The translations under genes were made by a program, and so were the position numbers. DNA of 64,000 nucleotides. Source: Mayamaea pseudoterrestris (Eukaryota). The stretch's first letter is position 1, and every line of letters starts with the position of its first letter. The stretch lies in NCBI GenBank assembly GCA_027923505.1, contig BROI01000008.1, forward strand, positions 124,001 to 188,000. The letters are read 5' to 3'. Below, piece after piece: positions 15,001 through 29,100 of the stretch. Under the pieces are notes generated by a model. The model was not told the origin of the DNA, made no database searches, and saw only the letters and a program-made list of their open reading frames with translations.

Positions 15001-18000
15001 GTGCCAACATCATTATTCAGGCTGCGCTACAAGATGGTATGCCTGGCTAGTGTCTCAGGGGACGGCAATGATATTGGTGACAACTTGTCACCAGTCTCAG
15101 CCTGCAGATGCCGTGACATTCAAACGCCCCTACAGCAGGCCATGTATACACCCAAATGACACCAGAATGGTGCCAACATCATTATTCAGGCTGCGCTACA
15201 AGATGGTATGCCTGGCTAGTGTCTCAGGGGATGGCAATGATATTGGTGACAACTTGTCACCAGTCTCAGCCTGCAGATGCCGTGACATTCAAACGCCCCT
15301 ACAGCAGGCCATGTATACACCCAAATGACACCAGAATGGTGCCAACATCATTATTCAGGCTGCGCTACAAGATGGTATGCCTGGCTAGTGTCTCAGGGGA
15401 TGGCAATGATATTGGTGACAACTTGTCACCAGTCTCAGCCTGCAGATGCCGTGACATTCAAACGCCCCTACAGCAGGCCATGTATACACCCAAATGACAC
15501 CAGAATGGTGCCAACATCATTATTCAGGCTGCGCTACAAGATGGTATGCCTGGCTAGTGTCTCAGGGGACGGCAATGATATTGGTGACAACTTGTCACCA
15601 GTCTCAGCGCGCGTATGCCGTGACATTCAAACACCCCTACAGCAGGCCATGTATACACCCAAATGACACCAGAATGGTGCCAACATCATTATTCAGGCTG
15701 CGCTACAAGATGGTATGCCTAGCTATTGTCTCAGGGGACGGCAATGATATTGGTGACAACTTGTCACCAGTCTCAGCCTGCAGATGCCGTGACATTCAAA
15801 CGCCCCTACAGCAGGCCATGTATACACCCAAATGACACCAGAATGGTGCCAACATCATTATTCAGGCTGCGCTACAAGATGGTATGCCTGGCTAGTGTCT
15901 CAGGGGACGGCAATGATATTGGTGACAACTTGTCACCAGTCTCAGCCCGCAGATGCCGTGACATTCAAATGCCCCTACAGCAGGCCATGTATACACCCAA
16001 ATGACACCAGAATGGTGCCAACATCATTATTCAGGCTGCGCAACAAGATGGTATGCCTGGCTAGTGTCTCAGGGGATGGCAATGATATTGGTGACAACTT
16101 GTCACCAGTCTCAGCCTGCAGATGCCGTGACATTCAAACGCCCCTACAGCAGGCCATGTATACACCCAAATGACACCAGAATGGTGCCAACATCATTATT
16201 CAGGCTGCGCTACAAGATGGTATGCCTGGCTAGTGTCTCAGGGGACGGCAATGATATTGGTGACAACTTGTCACCAGTCTCAGCCTGCAGATGCCGTGAC
16301 ATTCAAACGCCCCTACAGCAGGCCATGTATACACCCAAATGACACCAGAATGGTGCCAACATCATTATTCAGGCTGCGCTACAAGATGGTATGCCTGGCT
16401 AGTGTCTCAGGGGACGGCAATGATATTGGTGACAACTTGTCACCAGTCTCAGCCTGCAGATGCCGTGACATTCAAACGCCCCTACAGCAGGCCATGTATA
16501 CACCCAAATGACACCAGAATGGTGCCAACATCATTATTCAGGCTGCGCTACAAGATGGTATGCCTGGCTAGTGTCTCAGGGGACGGCAATGATATTGGTG
16601 ACAACTTGTCACCAGTCTCAGCCTGCAGATGCCGTGACATTCAAATGCCCCTACAGCAGGCCATGTAGTACCCAAAATGACACCAGAATGGTGCCAACAT
16701 CATTATTCAGGCTGCGCTACAAGATGGTATGCCTGGCTAGTGTCTCAGGGGACGGCAATGATATTGGTGACAACTTGTCACCAGTCTCAGCCTGCAGATG
16801 CCGTGACATTCAAACGCCCCTACAGCAGGCCATGTATACACCCAAATGACACCAGAATGGTGCCAACATCATTATTCAGGCTGCGCTACAAGATGGTATG
16901 CCTGGCTAGTGTCTCAGGGGACGGCAATGATATTGGTGACAACTTGTCACCAGTCTCAGCCTGCAGATGCCGTGACATTCAAACGCCCCTACAGCAGGCC
17001 ATGTATACACCCAAATGACACCAGAATGGTGCCAACATCATTATTCAGGCTGCGCTACAAGATGGTATGCCTGGCTAGTGTCTCAGGGGACGGCAATGAT
17101 ATTGGTGACAACTTGTCACCAGTCTCAGCCTGCAGATGCCGTGACATTCAAACGCCCCTACAGCAGGCCATGTATACACCCAAATGACACCAGAATGGTG
17201 CCAACATCATTATTCAGGCTGCGCTACAAGATGGTATGCCTGGCTAGTGTCTCAGGGGACGGCAATGATATTGGTGACAACTTGTCACCAGTCTCAGCCT
17301 GCAGATGCCGTGACATTCAAACGCCCCTACAGCAGGCCATGTATACACCCAAATGACACCAGAATGGTGCCAACATCATTATTCAGGCTGCGCTACAAGA
17401 TGGTATGCCTGGCTAGTGTCTCAGGGGACGGCAATGATATTGGTGACAACTTGTCACCAGTCTCAGCCTGCAGATGCCGTGACATTCAAACGCCCCTACA
17501 GCAGGCCATGTATACACCCAAATGACACCAGAATGGTGCCAACATCATTATTCAGGCTGCACTACAAGATGGTATGCCTGGCTAGTGTCTCAGGGGATGG
17601 CAATGATATTGGTGACAACTTGTCACCAATCTCAGCCCGCGGATGCCGTGACATTCAAACGCCCCTACAGCAAGCCCTGTAGGTGCCCAAAATACACCAG
17701 AATGGTGCCAACATCAATATTCAGGCTGCGCAACAAGATGGTATGCCTGGCTAGTGTCTCAGGGGACGGCAATGATATTGGTGACAACTTGTCACCAGTC
17801 TCAGCCTGCAGATGCCGTGACATTCAAACGCCCCTACAGCAGGCCATGTATACACCCAAATGACACCAGAATGGTGCCAACATCATTATTCAGGCTGCAC
17901 TACAAGATGGTATGCCTGGCTAGTGTCTCAGGGGATGGCAATGATATTGGTGACAACTTGTCACCAATCTCAGCCCGCGGATGCCGTGACATTCAAACGC

Positions 18001-20110
18001 CCCTAGAACAGGCCATGAGTATACCCAAATGACACCAGAATGGTGCCAACATCATTATTCAGGCTGCGCTACAAGATGGTATGCCTGGCTAGTGTCTCAG
18101 GGGATGGCAATGATATTGGTGACAACTTGTCACCAGTCTCAGCCTGCAGATGCCGTGACATTCAAACGCCCCTACAGCAGGCCATGTATACACCCAAATG
18201 ACACCAGAATGGTGCCAACATCATTATTCAGGCTGCGCTACAAGATGGTATGCCTGGCTAGTGTCTCAGGGGACGGCAATGATATTGGTGACAACTTGTC
18301 ACCAGTCTCAGCCTGCAGATGCCGTGACATTCAAACGCCCCTACAGCAGGCCATGTATACACCCAAATGACACCAGAATGGTGCCAACATCATTATTCAG
18401 GCTGCGCTACAAGATGGTATGCCTGGCTAGTGTCTCAGGGGACGGCAATGATATTGGTGACAACTTGTCACCAGTCTCAGCCTGCAGATGCCGTGACATT
18501 CAAACGCCCCTACAGCAGGCCCTGTAGGTGCCCAAAATACACCAGAATGGTGCCAACATCATTATTCAGGCTGCGCTACAAGATGGTATGCCTGGCTAGT
18601 GTCTCAGGGGATGGCAATGATATTGGCGACAACTTGTCACCAGTCTCAGCCCGCAGATGCCGTGACATTCAAACGCCCCTACAGCAGGCCCTGTAGGTGC
18701 CCAAAATACACCAGAATGGTGCCAACATCATTATTCAGGCTGCGCTACAAGATGGTATGCCTGGCTAGTGTCTCAGGGGACGGCAATGATATTGGTGACA
18801 ACTTGTCACCAGTCTCAGCCTGCAGATGCCGTGACATTCAAATGCCCCTACAGCAGGCCATGTATACACCCAAATGACACCAGAATGGTGCCAACATCAT
18901 TATTCAGGCTGCGCAACAAGATGGTATGCCTGGCTAGTGTCTCAGGGGACGGCAATGATATTGGTGACAACTTGTCACCAGTCTCAGCCTGCAGATGCTG
19001 TGACATTCAAACGCCCCTACAGCAGGCCCTGTAGGTGCCCAAAATACACCAGAATGGTGCCAACATCATTATTCAGGCTGCGCTACAAGATGGTATGCCT
19101 GGCTAGTGTCTCAGGGGATGGCAATGATATTGGCGACAACTTGTCACCAGTCTCAGCCCGCAGATGCCACGACATTCAAACGCCCCTACAGCAAGCCCTG
19201 TAGGTGCCCAAAATACACCAGAATGGTGCCAACATCATTATTCAGGCTGCGCTACAAGATGGTATGCCTGGCTAGTGTCTCAGGGGACGGCAATGATATT
19301 GGTGACAACTTGTCACCAGTCTCAGCCTGCAGATGCCGTGACATTCAAACGCCCCTACAGCAGGCCCTGTATACACCCAAATGACACCAGAATGGTGCCA
19401 ACATCATTATTCAGGCTGCGCTACAAGATGGTATGCCTGGCTAGTGTCTCAGGGGATGGCAATGATATTGGCGACAACTTGTCACCAGTCTCAGCCCGCA
19501 GATGCCGTGACATTCAAACACACCTACAGCAGGCCATGTAGGTGCCCAAAATACACCAGAATGGTGCCAACATCATTATTCAGGCTGCGCTACAAGATGA
19601 TATGCCTGGCTAGGGTTTCAGGGGATGGCAATGGTATTGGCGACAACTTGTCACCAGTCTCAGCCCGCAGATGCCGTCCCCCCGAACCAGGAAAACGCCC
19701 AGCAAGCCCTGTAGGTGCCCAAAATACACCAGAATGGTGCCAACATCATTATTCAGGCTGCGCTACAAGATGGTATGCCTGGCTAGTGTCTCAGGGGACG
19801 GCAATGATATTGGTGACAACTTGTCACCAGTCTCAGCCTGCAGATGCCGTGACATTCAAATGCCCCTACAGCAGGCCATGTATACACCCAAATGACACCA
19901 GAATGGTGCCAACATCATTATTCAGGCTGCGCAACAAGATGGTATGCCTGGCTAGTGTCTCAGGGGACGGCAATGATATTGGTGCACCAGTCTCAGCCCG
20001 CAGATGCCATGACATTCAAATGCCCAGTCAGGCCATATACACCCAAATGACACCAGAATGGTGCCAACATTGGACAAGATGGTATGCCTGGCTAGACCAA
20101 TGATATTGGT
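1..20110. repeat. Satellite A: homogeneous 169-bp tandem array, about 119 copies in window, continues beyond the left edge
   Basis: Unit recurs every 169 bp (repeat-derived ORF starts at 770, 939, 1108, 1277). Each unit has the dyad TGGTGACAA-C-TTGTCACCA. Degenerates at ~19960-20110. Confidence 0.98.
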
Positions 20111-23100
20111 GATGCCCTGGCCACCAACAAACCATAGGGCTGTCCAGTTGGCGCTGGTGCAAAACGGACTGGAGGCCTACGCCATCTGCAAAATGGGTGT
20201 GGCCAACACCCCAAATTATGGAATCATACCACTACAATGCCCCGTCCCCTGATCACCCAACAACCCAATGAGTCAGGCAAAACATGTCCAGGGTGTGCCA
20301 TTGACATGAGGATGGGCTGAAATGGTGCAAAACGGACTGCCTGGAGGCCTACACCATCTGCAAAATGGGTGTGGCCAACACCCCAAATTATGGAATCATA
20401 CCACTACAATGCCCCATCCCCTGATCACCCAACAACCCAATGAGTCATGCAAACCATGTCCAGGGTGTGCCATTGACATGAGGATGGGCTGACATGGTAC
20501 AAAACGGACTGCCTTGTGGCCTACAGCATGGAATGGTCTACAAGATGGGTGTGGCCAACACCCCACATTATGGAATCATACCACTACAATGCCCCATGCC
20601 CTGGCCACCCAACAACCTGCCATTGACATGAGGATGGGCTGAAATGGTGCAAAACGGACTGCCTGGAGGCCTACACCATCTGCTAAATGGGTGTGGCCAA
20701 CACCCCAAATTATGGAATCATACCACTACAATGCCCCGTCCCCTGATCACCCAACAACCCAATGAGTCATGCAAAACATGTCCAGGGTGTGCCATTGACA
20801 TGAGGATGGTCTGACATGGTACAAAACGGACTGCCTGGAGGCCTACAGCATGGAATGGTCTACAAGATGGGTGTGGCCAACACCCCAAATTATGGAATCA
20901 TACCACTACAATGCCCCATGCCCTGGCCACCCAACAACCCAATGAGTCAGGCAAAACATGTCCAGGGTGTGCCATTGACATGAGGATGGGCTGAAATGGT
21001 GCAAAACGGACTGATTGGAGGCCTACACCATCTGCAAAATGGGTGTGGCCAACACCCCAAATTATGGAATCATACCACTACAATGCCCCGTCCCCTGATC
21101 ACCCAACAACCCAATGAGTCATGCAAAACATGTCCAGGGTGTGCCATTGACATGAGGATGGTCTGACATGGTACAAAACGGACTGCCTAAAGGCCTACAG
21201 CATGGAATGGTCTACAAGATGGGTGTGGCCAACACCCCAAATTATGGAATCATACCACTACAATGCCCCATGCCCTGGCCACCCAACAACCCAATGAGTC
21301 AGGCAAAACATGTCCAGGGTGTGCCATTGACATGAGGATGGGCTGAAATGGTGCAAAACGGACTGATTGGAGGCCTACACCATCTGCAAAATGGGTGTGG
21401 CCAACACCCCAAATTATGGAATCATACCACTACAATGCCCCGTCCCCTGATCACCCAACAACCCAATGAGTCATGCAAAACATGTCCAGGGTGTGCCATT
21501 GACATGAGGATGGTCTGACATGGTACAAAACGGACTGCCTAAAGGCTTACAGCATGGAATGGTCTACAAGATGGGTGTGGCCAACACCCCAAATTATGGA
21601 ATCATACCACTACAATGCCCCATGCCCTGGCCACCCAACAACCCAATGAGTCAGGCAAAACACGTCCAGGGTGTGCCATTGACATGAGGATGGGCTGAAA
21701 TGGTGCAAAACGGACTGCCTGGAGGCCTAGACCATCTGCTAAATGGGTGTGGCCAACACCCCAAATTATGGAATCATACCACTACAATCGTCCCCTGATC
21801 ACCCAACAACCCAATGAGTCATGCAAAACATGTCCAGGGTGTGCCATTGACTTGAGGATGGTCTGACATGGTACAAAACGGACTGCCTGGAGGCTTACAG
21901 CATGGAATGGTCTACAAGATGGGTGTGGCCAACACCCCAAATTATGGAATGATACCACTACAATGCCCCATGCCCTGGCCACCCAACAACCCAATGAGTC
22001 AGGCAAAACATGTCCAGGGTGTGCCATTGACATGAGGATGGGCTGAAATGGTGCAAAACGGACTGCCTGGAGGCCTACACCATCTGCAAAATGGGTGTGG
22101 CCAACACCCCAAATTATGGAATCATACCACTACAATGCCCCGTCCCCTGATCACCCAACAACCCAATGAGTCATGCAAAACATGTCCAGGGTGTGCCATT
22201 GACATGAGGATGGTCTGACATGGTACAAAACGGACTGCCTGGAGGCCTACAGCATGGAATGGTCTACAAGATGGGTGTGGCCAACACCCCAAATTATGGA
22301 ATCATACCACTACAATGCCCCATGCCCTGGCCACCCAACAACCCAATGAGTCAGGCAAAACATGTCCAGGGTGTGCCATTGACATGAGGATGGGCTGAAA
22401 TGGTGCAAAACGGACTGCCTGGAGGCCTACACCATCTGCAAAATGGGTGTGGCCAACACCCCAAATTATGGAATCATACCACTACAATGCCCCGTCCCCT
22501 GATCACCCAACAACCCAATGAGTCATGCAAAACATGTCCAGGGTGTGCCATTGACATGAGGATGGTCTGACATGGTACAAAACGGACTGCCTGGAGGCCT
22601 ACAGCATGGAATGGTCTACAAGATGGGTGTGGCCAACACCCCAAATTATGGAATCATACCACTACAATGCCCCATGCCCTGGCCACCCAACAACCCAATG
22701 AGTCAGGCAAAACATGTCCAGGGTGTGCCATTGACATGAGGATGGGCTGAAATGGTGCAAAACGGACTGCCTGGAGGCCTACACCATCTGCTAAATGGGT
22801 GTGGCCAACACCCCAAATTATGGAATCATACCACTACAATGCCCCATGCCCTGATCACCCAACAACCCAATGAGTCATGCAAAACATGTCCAGGGTGTGC
22901 CATTGACATGAGGATGGTCTGACATGGTACAAAACGGACTGCCTGGAGGCCTACAGCATGGAATGGTCTACAAGATGGGTGTGGCCAACACCCCAAATTA
23001 TGGAATCATACCACTACAATGCCCCATGCCCTGGCCACCCAACAACCCAATGAGTCAGGCAAAACATGTCCAGGGTGTGCCATTGACATGAGGATGGGCT

Positions 23101-26100
23101 GAAATGGTGCAAAACGGACTGCCTGGAGGCCTACACCATCTGCAAAATGGGTGTGGCCAACACCCCAAATTATGGAATCATACCACTACAATGCCCCGTC
23201 CCCTGATCACCCAACAACCCAATGAGTCATGCAAAACATGTCCAGGGTGTGCCATTGACATGAGGATGGTCTGACATGGTACAAAACGGACTGCCTGGAG
23301 GCCTACAGCATGGAATGGTCTACAAGATGGGTGTGGCCAACACCCCAAATTATGGAATCATACCACTACAATGCCCCATGCCCTGGCCACCCAACAACCC
23401 AATGAGTCAGGCAAAACATGTCCAGGGTGTGCCATTGACATGAGGATGGGCTGAAATGGTGCAAAACGGACTGCCTGGAGGCCTACACCATCTGCAAAAT
23501 GGGTGTGGCCAACACCCCAAATTATGGAATCATACCACTACAATGCCCCGTCCCTGATCACCCAACAACCCAATGAGTCATGCAAAACATGTCCAGGGTG
23601 TGCCATTGACATGAGGATGGTCTGACATGGTACAAAACGGACTGCCTGGAGGCCTACAGCATGGAATGGTCTACAAGATGGGTGTGGCCAACACCCCAAA
23701 TTATGGAATCATACCACTACAATGCCCCATGCCCTGGCCACCCAACAACCCAATGAGTCAGGCAAAACATGTCCAGGGTGTGCCATTGACATGAGGATGG
23801 TCTGACATGGTACAAAACGGACTGCCTGGACAGCATGGAATGGTCTACAAGATGGGTGTGGCCAACACCCCAAATTATGGAATCATACCACTACAATGCC
23901 CCATGCCCTGGCCACCCAACAACCCAATGAGTCAGGCAAAACATGTCCAGGGTGTGCCATTGACATGAGGATGGGCTGAAATGGTGCAAAACGGACTGCC
24001 TGGAGGCCTACACCATCTGCAAAATGGGTGTGGCCAACACCCCAAATTATGGAATCATACCACTACAATGCCCCGTCCCCTGATCACCCAACAACCCAAT
24101 GAGTCATGCAAAACATGTCCAGGGTGTGCCATTGACATGAGGATGGTCTGACATGGTACAAAATGGACTGCCTGGAGGCCTACTTCATGGAATGGTCTAC
24201 AAGATGGGTGTGGCCAACACCCCAAATTATGGAATCATACCACTACAATGCCCCATGCCCTGGCCACCCAACAACCCAATGAGTCAGGCAAAACATGTCC
24301 AGGGTGTGCCATTGACATGAGGATGGGCTGAAATGGTGCAAAACGGACTGCCTGGAGGCCTACACCATCTGCAAAATGGGTGTGGCCAACACCGCAAATT
24401 ATGGAATCATACCACTACAATGCCCCGTCCCCTGATCACCCAACACACCAATGAGTCATGCAAAACATGTCCAGGGTGTGCCATTGACATGAGGATGGTC
24501 TGACATGGTACAAAACGGACTGCCTGGAGGCCTACAGCATGGAATGGTCTACAAGATGGGTGTGGCCAACACCCCAAATTATGGAATCATACCACTACAA
24601 TGCCCCATGCCCTGGCCACCCAACAACCCAATGAGTCAGGCAAAACATGTCCAGGGTGTGCCATTGACATGAGGATGGGCTGAAATGGTGCAAAACGGAC
24701 TGCCTGGAGGCCTACACTATCTGCAAAATGGGTGTGGCCAACACCGCAAATTATGGAATCATACCACTACAATGCCCCCCCCCTGATCACCCAACAACCC
24801 AATGAGTCATGCAAAACATGTCCAGGGTGTGCCATTGACATGAGGATGGTCTGACATGGTACAAAACGGACTGCCTGGAGGCCTACAGCATGGAATGGTC
24901 TACAAGATGGGTGTGGCCAACACCCCAAATTATGGAATCATACCACTACAATGCCCCATGCCCTGGCCACCCAACAACCCAATGAGTCAGGCAAAACATG
25001 TCCAGGGTGTGCCATTGACATGAGGATGGGCTGAAATGGTGCAAAACGGACTGCCTGGAGGCCTACACCATCTGCAAAATGGGTGTGGCCAACACCGCAA
25101 ATTATGGAATCATACCACTACAATGCCCCGTCCCCTGATCACCCAACAACACAATGAGTCATGCAAAAACATGTCCAGGGTGTGCCATTGACATGAGGAT
25201 GGTCTGACATGGTACAAAACGGACTGCCTGGAGGCCTACAGCATGGAATGGTCTACAAGATGGGTGTGGCCAACACCCCAAATTATGGAATCATACCACT
25301 ACAATGCCCCATGCCCTGGCCACCCAACAACCCAATGAGTCAGGCAAAACATGTCCAGGGTGTGCCATTGACATGAGGATGGGCTGAAATGGTGCAAAAC
25401 GGACTGCCTGGAGGCCTACACCATCTGCAAAATGGGTGTGGCCAACACCGCAAATTATGGAATCATACCACTACAATGCCCCGTCCCCTGATCACCCAAC
25501 AACCCAATGAGTCATGCAAAACATGTCCAGGGTGTGCCATTGACATGAGGATGGTCTGACATGGTACAAAACGGACTGCCTGGAGGCCTACAGCATGGAA
25601 TGGTCTAACAAGATGGGTGTGGCCAACACCCCAAATTATGGAATCATACCACTACAATGCCCCATGCCCTGGCCACCCAACAACCCAATGAGTCAGGCAA
25701 AACATGTCCAGGGTGTGCCATTGACATGAGGATGGGCTGAAATGGTGCAAAACGGACTGCCTGGAGGCCTACACCATCTGCAAATGGGTGTGGCCAACAC
25801 CGCAAATTATGGAATCATACCACTACAATGCCCCGCCCCTGATCACCCAACAACCCAATGAGTCATGCAAAACATGTCCAGGGTGTGCCATTGACATGAG
25901 GATGGTCTGACATGGTACAAAACGGACTGCCTGGAGGCCTACAGCATGGAATGGTCTACAAGATGGGTGTGGCCAACACCCCAAATTATGGAATCATACC
26001 ACTACAATGCCCCCATGCCCTGGCCACCCAACAACCCAATGAGTCAGGCAAAACATGTCCAGGGTGTGCCATTGACATGAGGATGGGCTGAAATGGTGCA

Positions 26101-29100
26101 AAACGGACTGCCTGGAGGCCTACACCATCTGCAAAATGGGTGTGGCCAACACCCCAAATTATGGAATCATACCACTACAATGCCCCGTCCCCTGATCACC
26201 CAACAACCCAATGAGTCATGCAAAACATGTCCAGGGTGTGCCATTGACATGAGGATGGTCTGACATGGTACAAAACGGACTGCCTGGAGGCCTACAGCAT
26301 GGAATGGTCTACAAGATGGGTGTGGCCAACACCCCAAATTATGGAATCATACCACTACAATGCCCCATGCCCTGGCCACCCAACAACCCAATGAGTCAGG
26401 CAAAACATGTCCAGGGTGTGCCATTGACATGAGGATGGGCTGAAATGGTGCAAAACGGACAGCCTGGAGGCCTACACCATCTGCAAAATGGGTGTGGCCA
26501 ACACCCCAAATTATGGAATCATACCACTACAATGCCCCGTTCCCTGATCACCCAACAACCCAATGAGTCATGCAAAACATGTCCAGGGTGTGCCACTGAC
26601 ACGAGGATGGTCTGACATGGTACAAAACGGACTGCCTGGAGGCCTACAGCATGGAATGGTCTACAAGATGGGTGTGGCCAACACCCCAAATTATGGAATC
26701 ATACCACTACAATGCCCCATGCCCTGGCCACCCAACAACCCAATGAGTCAGGCAAAACATGTCCAGGGTGGGCCATTGACATGAGGATGGGCTGAAATGG
26801 TGCAAAACGGACTGCCTGGAGGCCTACACCATCTGCAAAATGGGTGTGGCCAACACCCCAAATTATGGAATCATACCACTACAATGCCCCGTCCCCTGAT
26901 CACCCAACAACCCAATGAGTCATGCAAAACATGTCCAGGGTGTGCCATTGACATGAGGATGGTCTGACATGGTACAAAACGGACTGCCTGGAGGCCTACA
27001 GCATGGAATGGTCTACAAGATGGGTGTGGCCAACACCCCAAATTATGGAATCATACCACTACAATGTCCCATGCCCTGGCCACCCAACAACCCAATGAGT
27101 CAGGCAAAACATGTCCAGGGTGTGCCATGGACATGAGGATGGTCTGACATGGTACAAAACGGACTGCCTGGAGGCCTACAGCATGGAATGGTCTACAAGA
27201 TGGGTGTGGCCAACACCCCAAATTATGGAATCATACCACTACAATGCCCCGTCCCCTGATCACCCAACAACCCAATGAGTCATGCAAAACATGTCCAGGG
27301 TGTGCCATTGACATGAGGATGGTCTGACATGGTACAAAACGGACTGCCTGGAGGCCTACAGCATGGAATGGTCTACAAGATGGGTGTGGCCAACACCCCA
27401 AATTATGGAATCATACCACTACAATGTCCCATGCCCTGGCCACCCAACAACCCAATGAGTCAGGCAAAACATGTCCAGGGTGTGCCATTGACATGAGGAT
27501 GGGCTGAAATGGTGCAAAACGGACTGCCTGGAGGCCTACACCATCTGCAAAATGGGTGTGGCCAACACCCCAAATTATGGAATCATACCACTACAATGCC
27601 CCGTCCCCTGATCACCCAACAACCCAATGAGTCATGCAAAACATGTCCAGGGTGTGCCATTGACATGAGGATGGTCTGACATGGTACAAAATGGACTGCC
27701 TGGAGGCCTACTTCATAAATTGGTCTACAAGATGGGTGTGGCCAACACCCCAAATTATGGAATCATACCACTACAATGCCCCATGCCCTGGCCACCCAAC
27801 AACCCAATGAGTCAGGCAAAACATGTCCAGGGTGTGCCATTGACATGAGGATGGGCTAAAATGGTGCAAAACGGACTGCCTGGAGGCCTACACCATCTGC
27901 AAAATGGGTGTGGCCAACACCCCAAATTATGGAATCATACCACTACAATGCCCCGTCCCCTGATCACCCAACAACCCAATGAGTCATGCGAAACATGTCC
28001 AGGGTGTGCCATTGACATGAGGATGGTCTGAGATGGTACAAAACGGACTGCCTGGAGGCCTACAGCATGGAATGGTCTACAAGATGGGTGTGGCCAACAC
28101 CCCAAATTATGGAATCATACCACTACAATGCCCCATGCCCTGGCCACCCAACAACCCAATGAGTCAGGCAAAACATGTCCAGGGTGTGCCATTGACATGC
28201 GGATGGGCTGAAATGGTGCAAAACGGACTGCCTGGAGGCCTACGCCATCTGCAAAATGGGTGTGGCCAACTCCCCAAATTATGGAATCATACCACTACAA
28301 TGCCCCGTCCCCTGATCACCCATCAACCCAATGAGTCATGCAAAACATGTCCAGGGTGTGCCATTGACATGAGGATGGTCTGACATGGTACAAAACGGAC
28401 TGCCTGGAGGTCTACAGCATGGAATGGTCTACAAGATGGGTGTGGCCAACACCCCAAATTATGGAATCATACCACTACAATGCCCCACGCCCTGGCCACC
28501 CAACAACCCAATGAGTCAGGCAAAACATGTCCAGGGTGTGCCATTGACATGAGGATGGGCTGAAATGGTGCAAAACGGACTGCCTGGAGGCCTACACCAT
28601 CTGCAAAATGGGTGTGGCCAACACCCCAAATTATGGAATCATACCACTACAATGCCCCGTTCCCTGATCACCCAACAACCCAATGAGTCATGCGAAACAT
28701 GTCCAGGGTGTGCCACTGACACGAGGATGGTCTGACATGGTACAAAAGGGACTGCCTGGAGGCCTACAGCATGGAATGGTCTACAAGATGGGTGTGGCCA
28801 ACACCCCAAATTATGGAATCATACCACTACAATGCCCCATGCTCTGGCCACCCAACAACCCAATGAGTCAGGCAAAACATGTCCAGGATGTGCCATTGAC
28901 ATGAGGATGGGCTGAAATGGTGCAAAACGGACTGCCTGGAGGCCTACACCATCTGCAAAATGGGTGTGGCCAACACCCCAAATTATGGAATCATACCACT
29001 ACAATGCCCCGTCCCCTGATCACCCAACAACCCAATGAGTCATGCAAAACATGTCCAGGGTGTGCCATTGACATGAGGATGGTCTGACATGGTACAAAAC

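Noticed and set aside
94..20252. Over 100 near-identical ~113-aa ORFs (MTPEWCQHH...)
   Set aside because: Artefact of a 169-bp unit (not a multiple of 3) with few stops. Overlapping frames, no recognisable domain.
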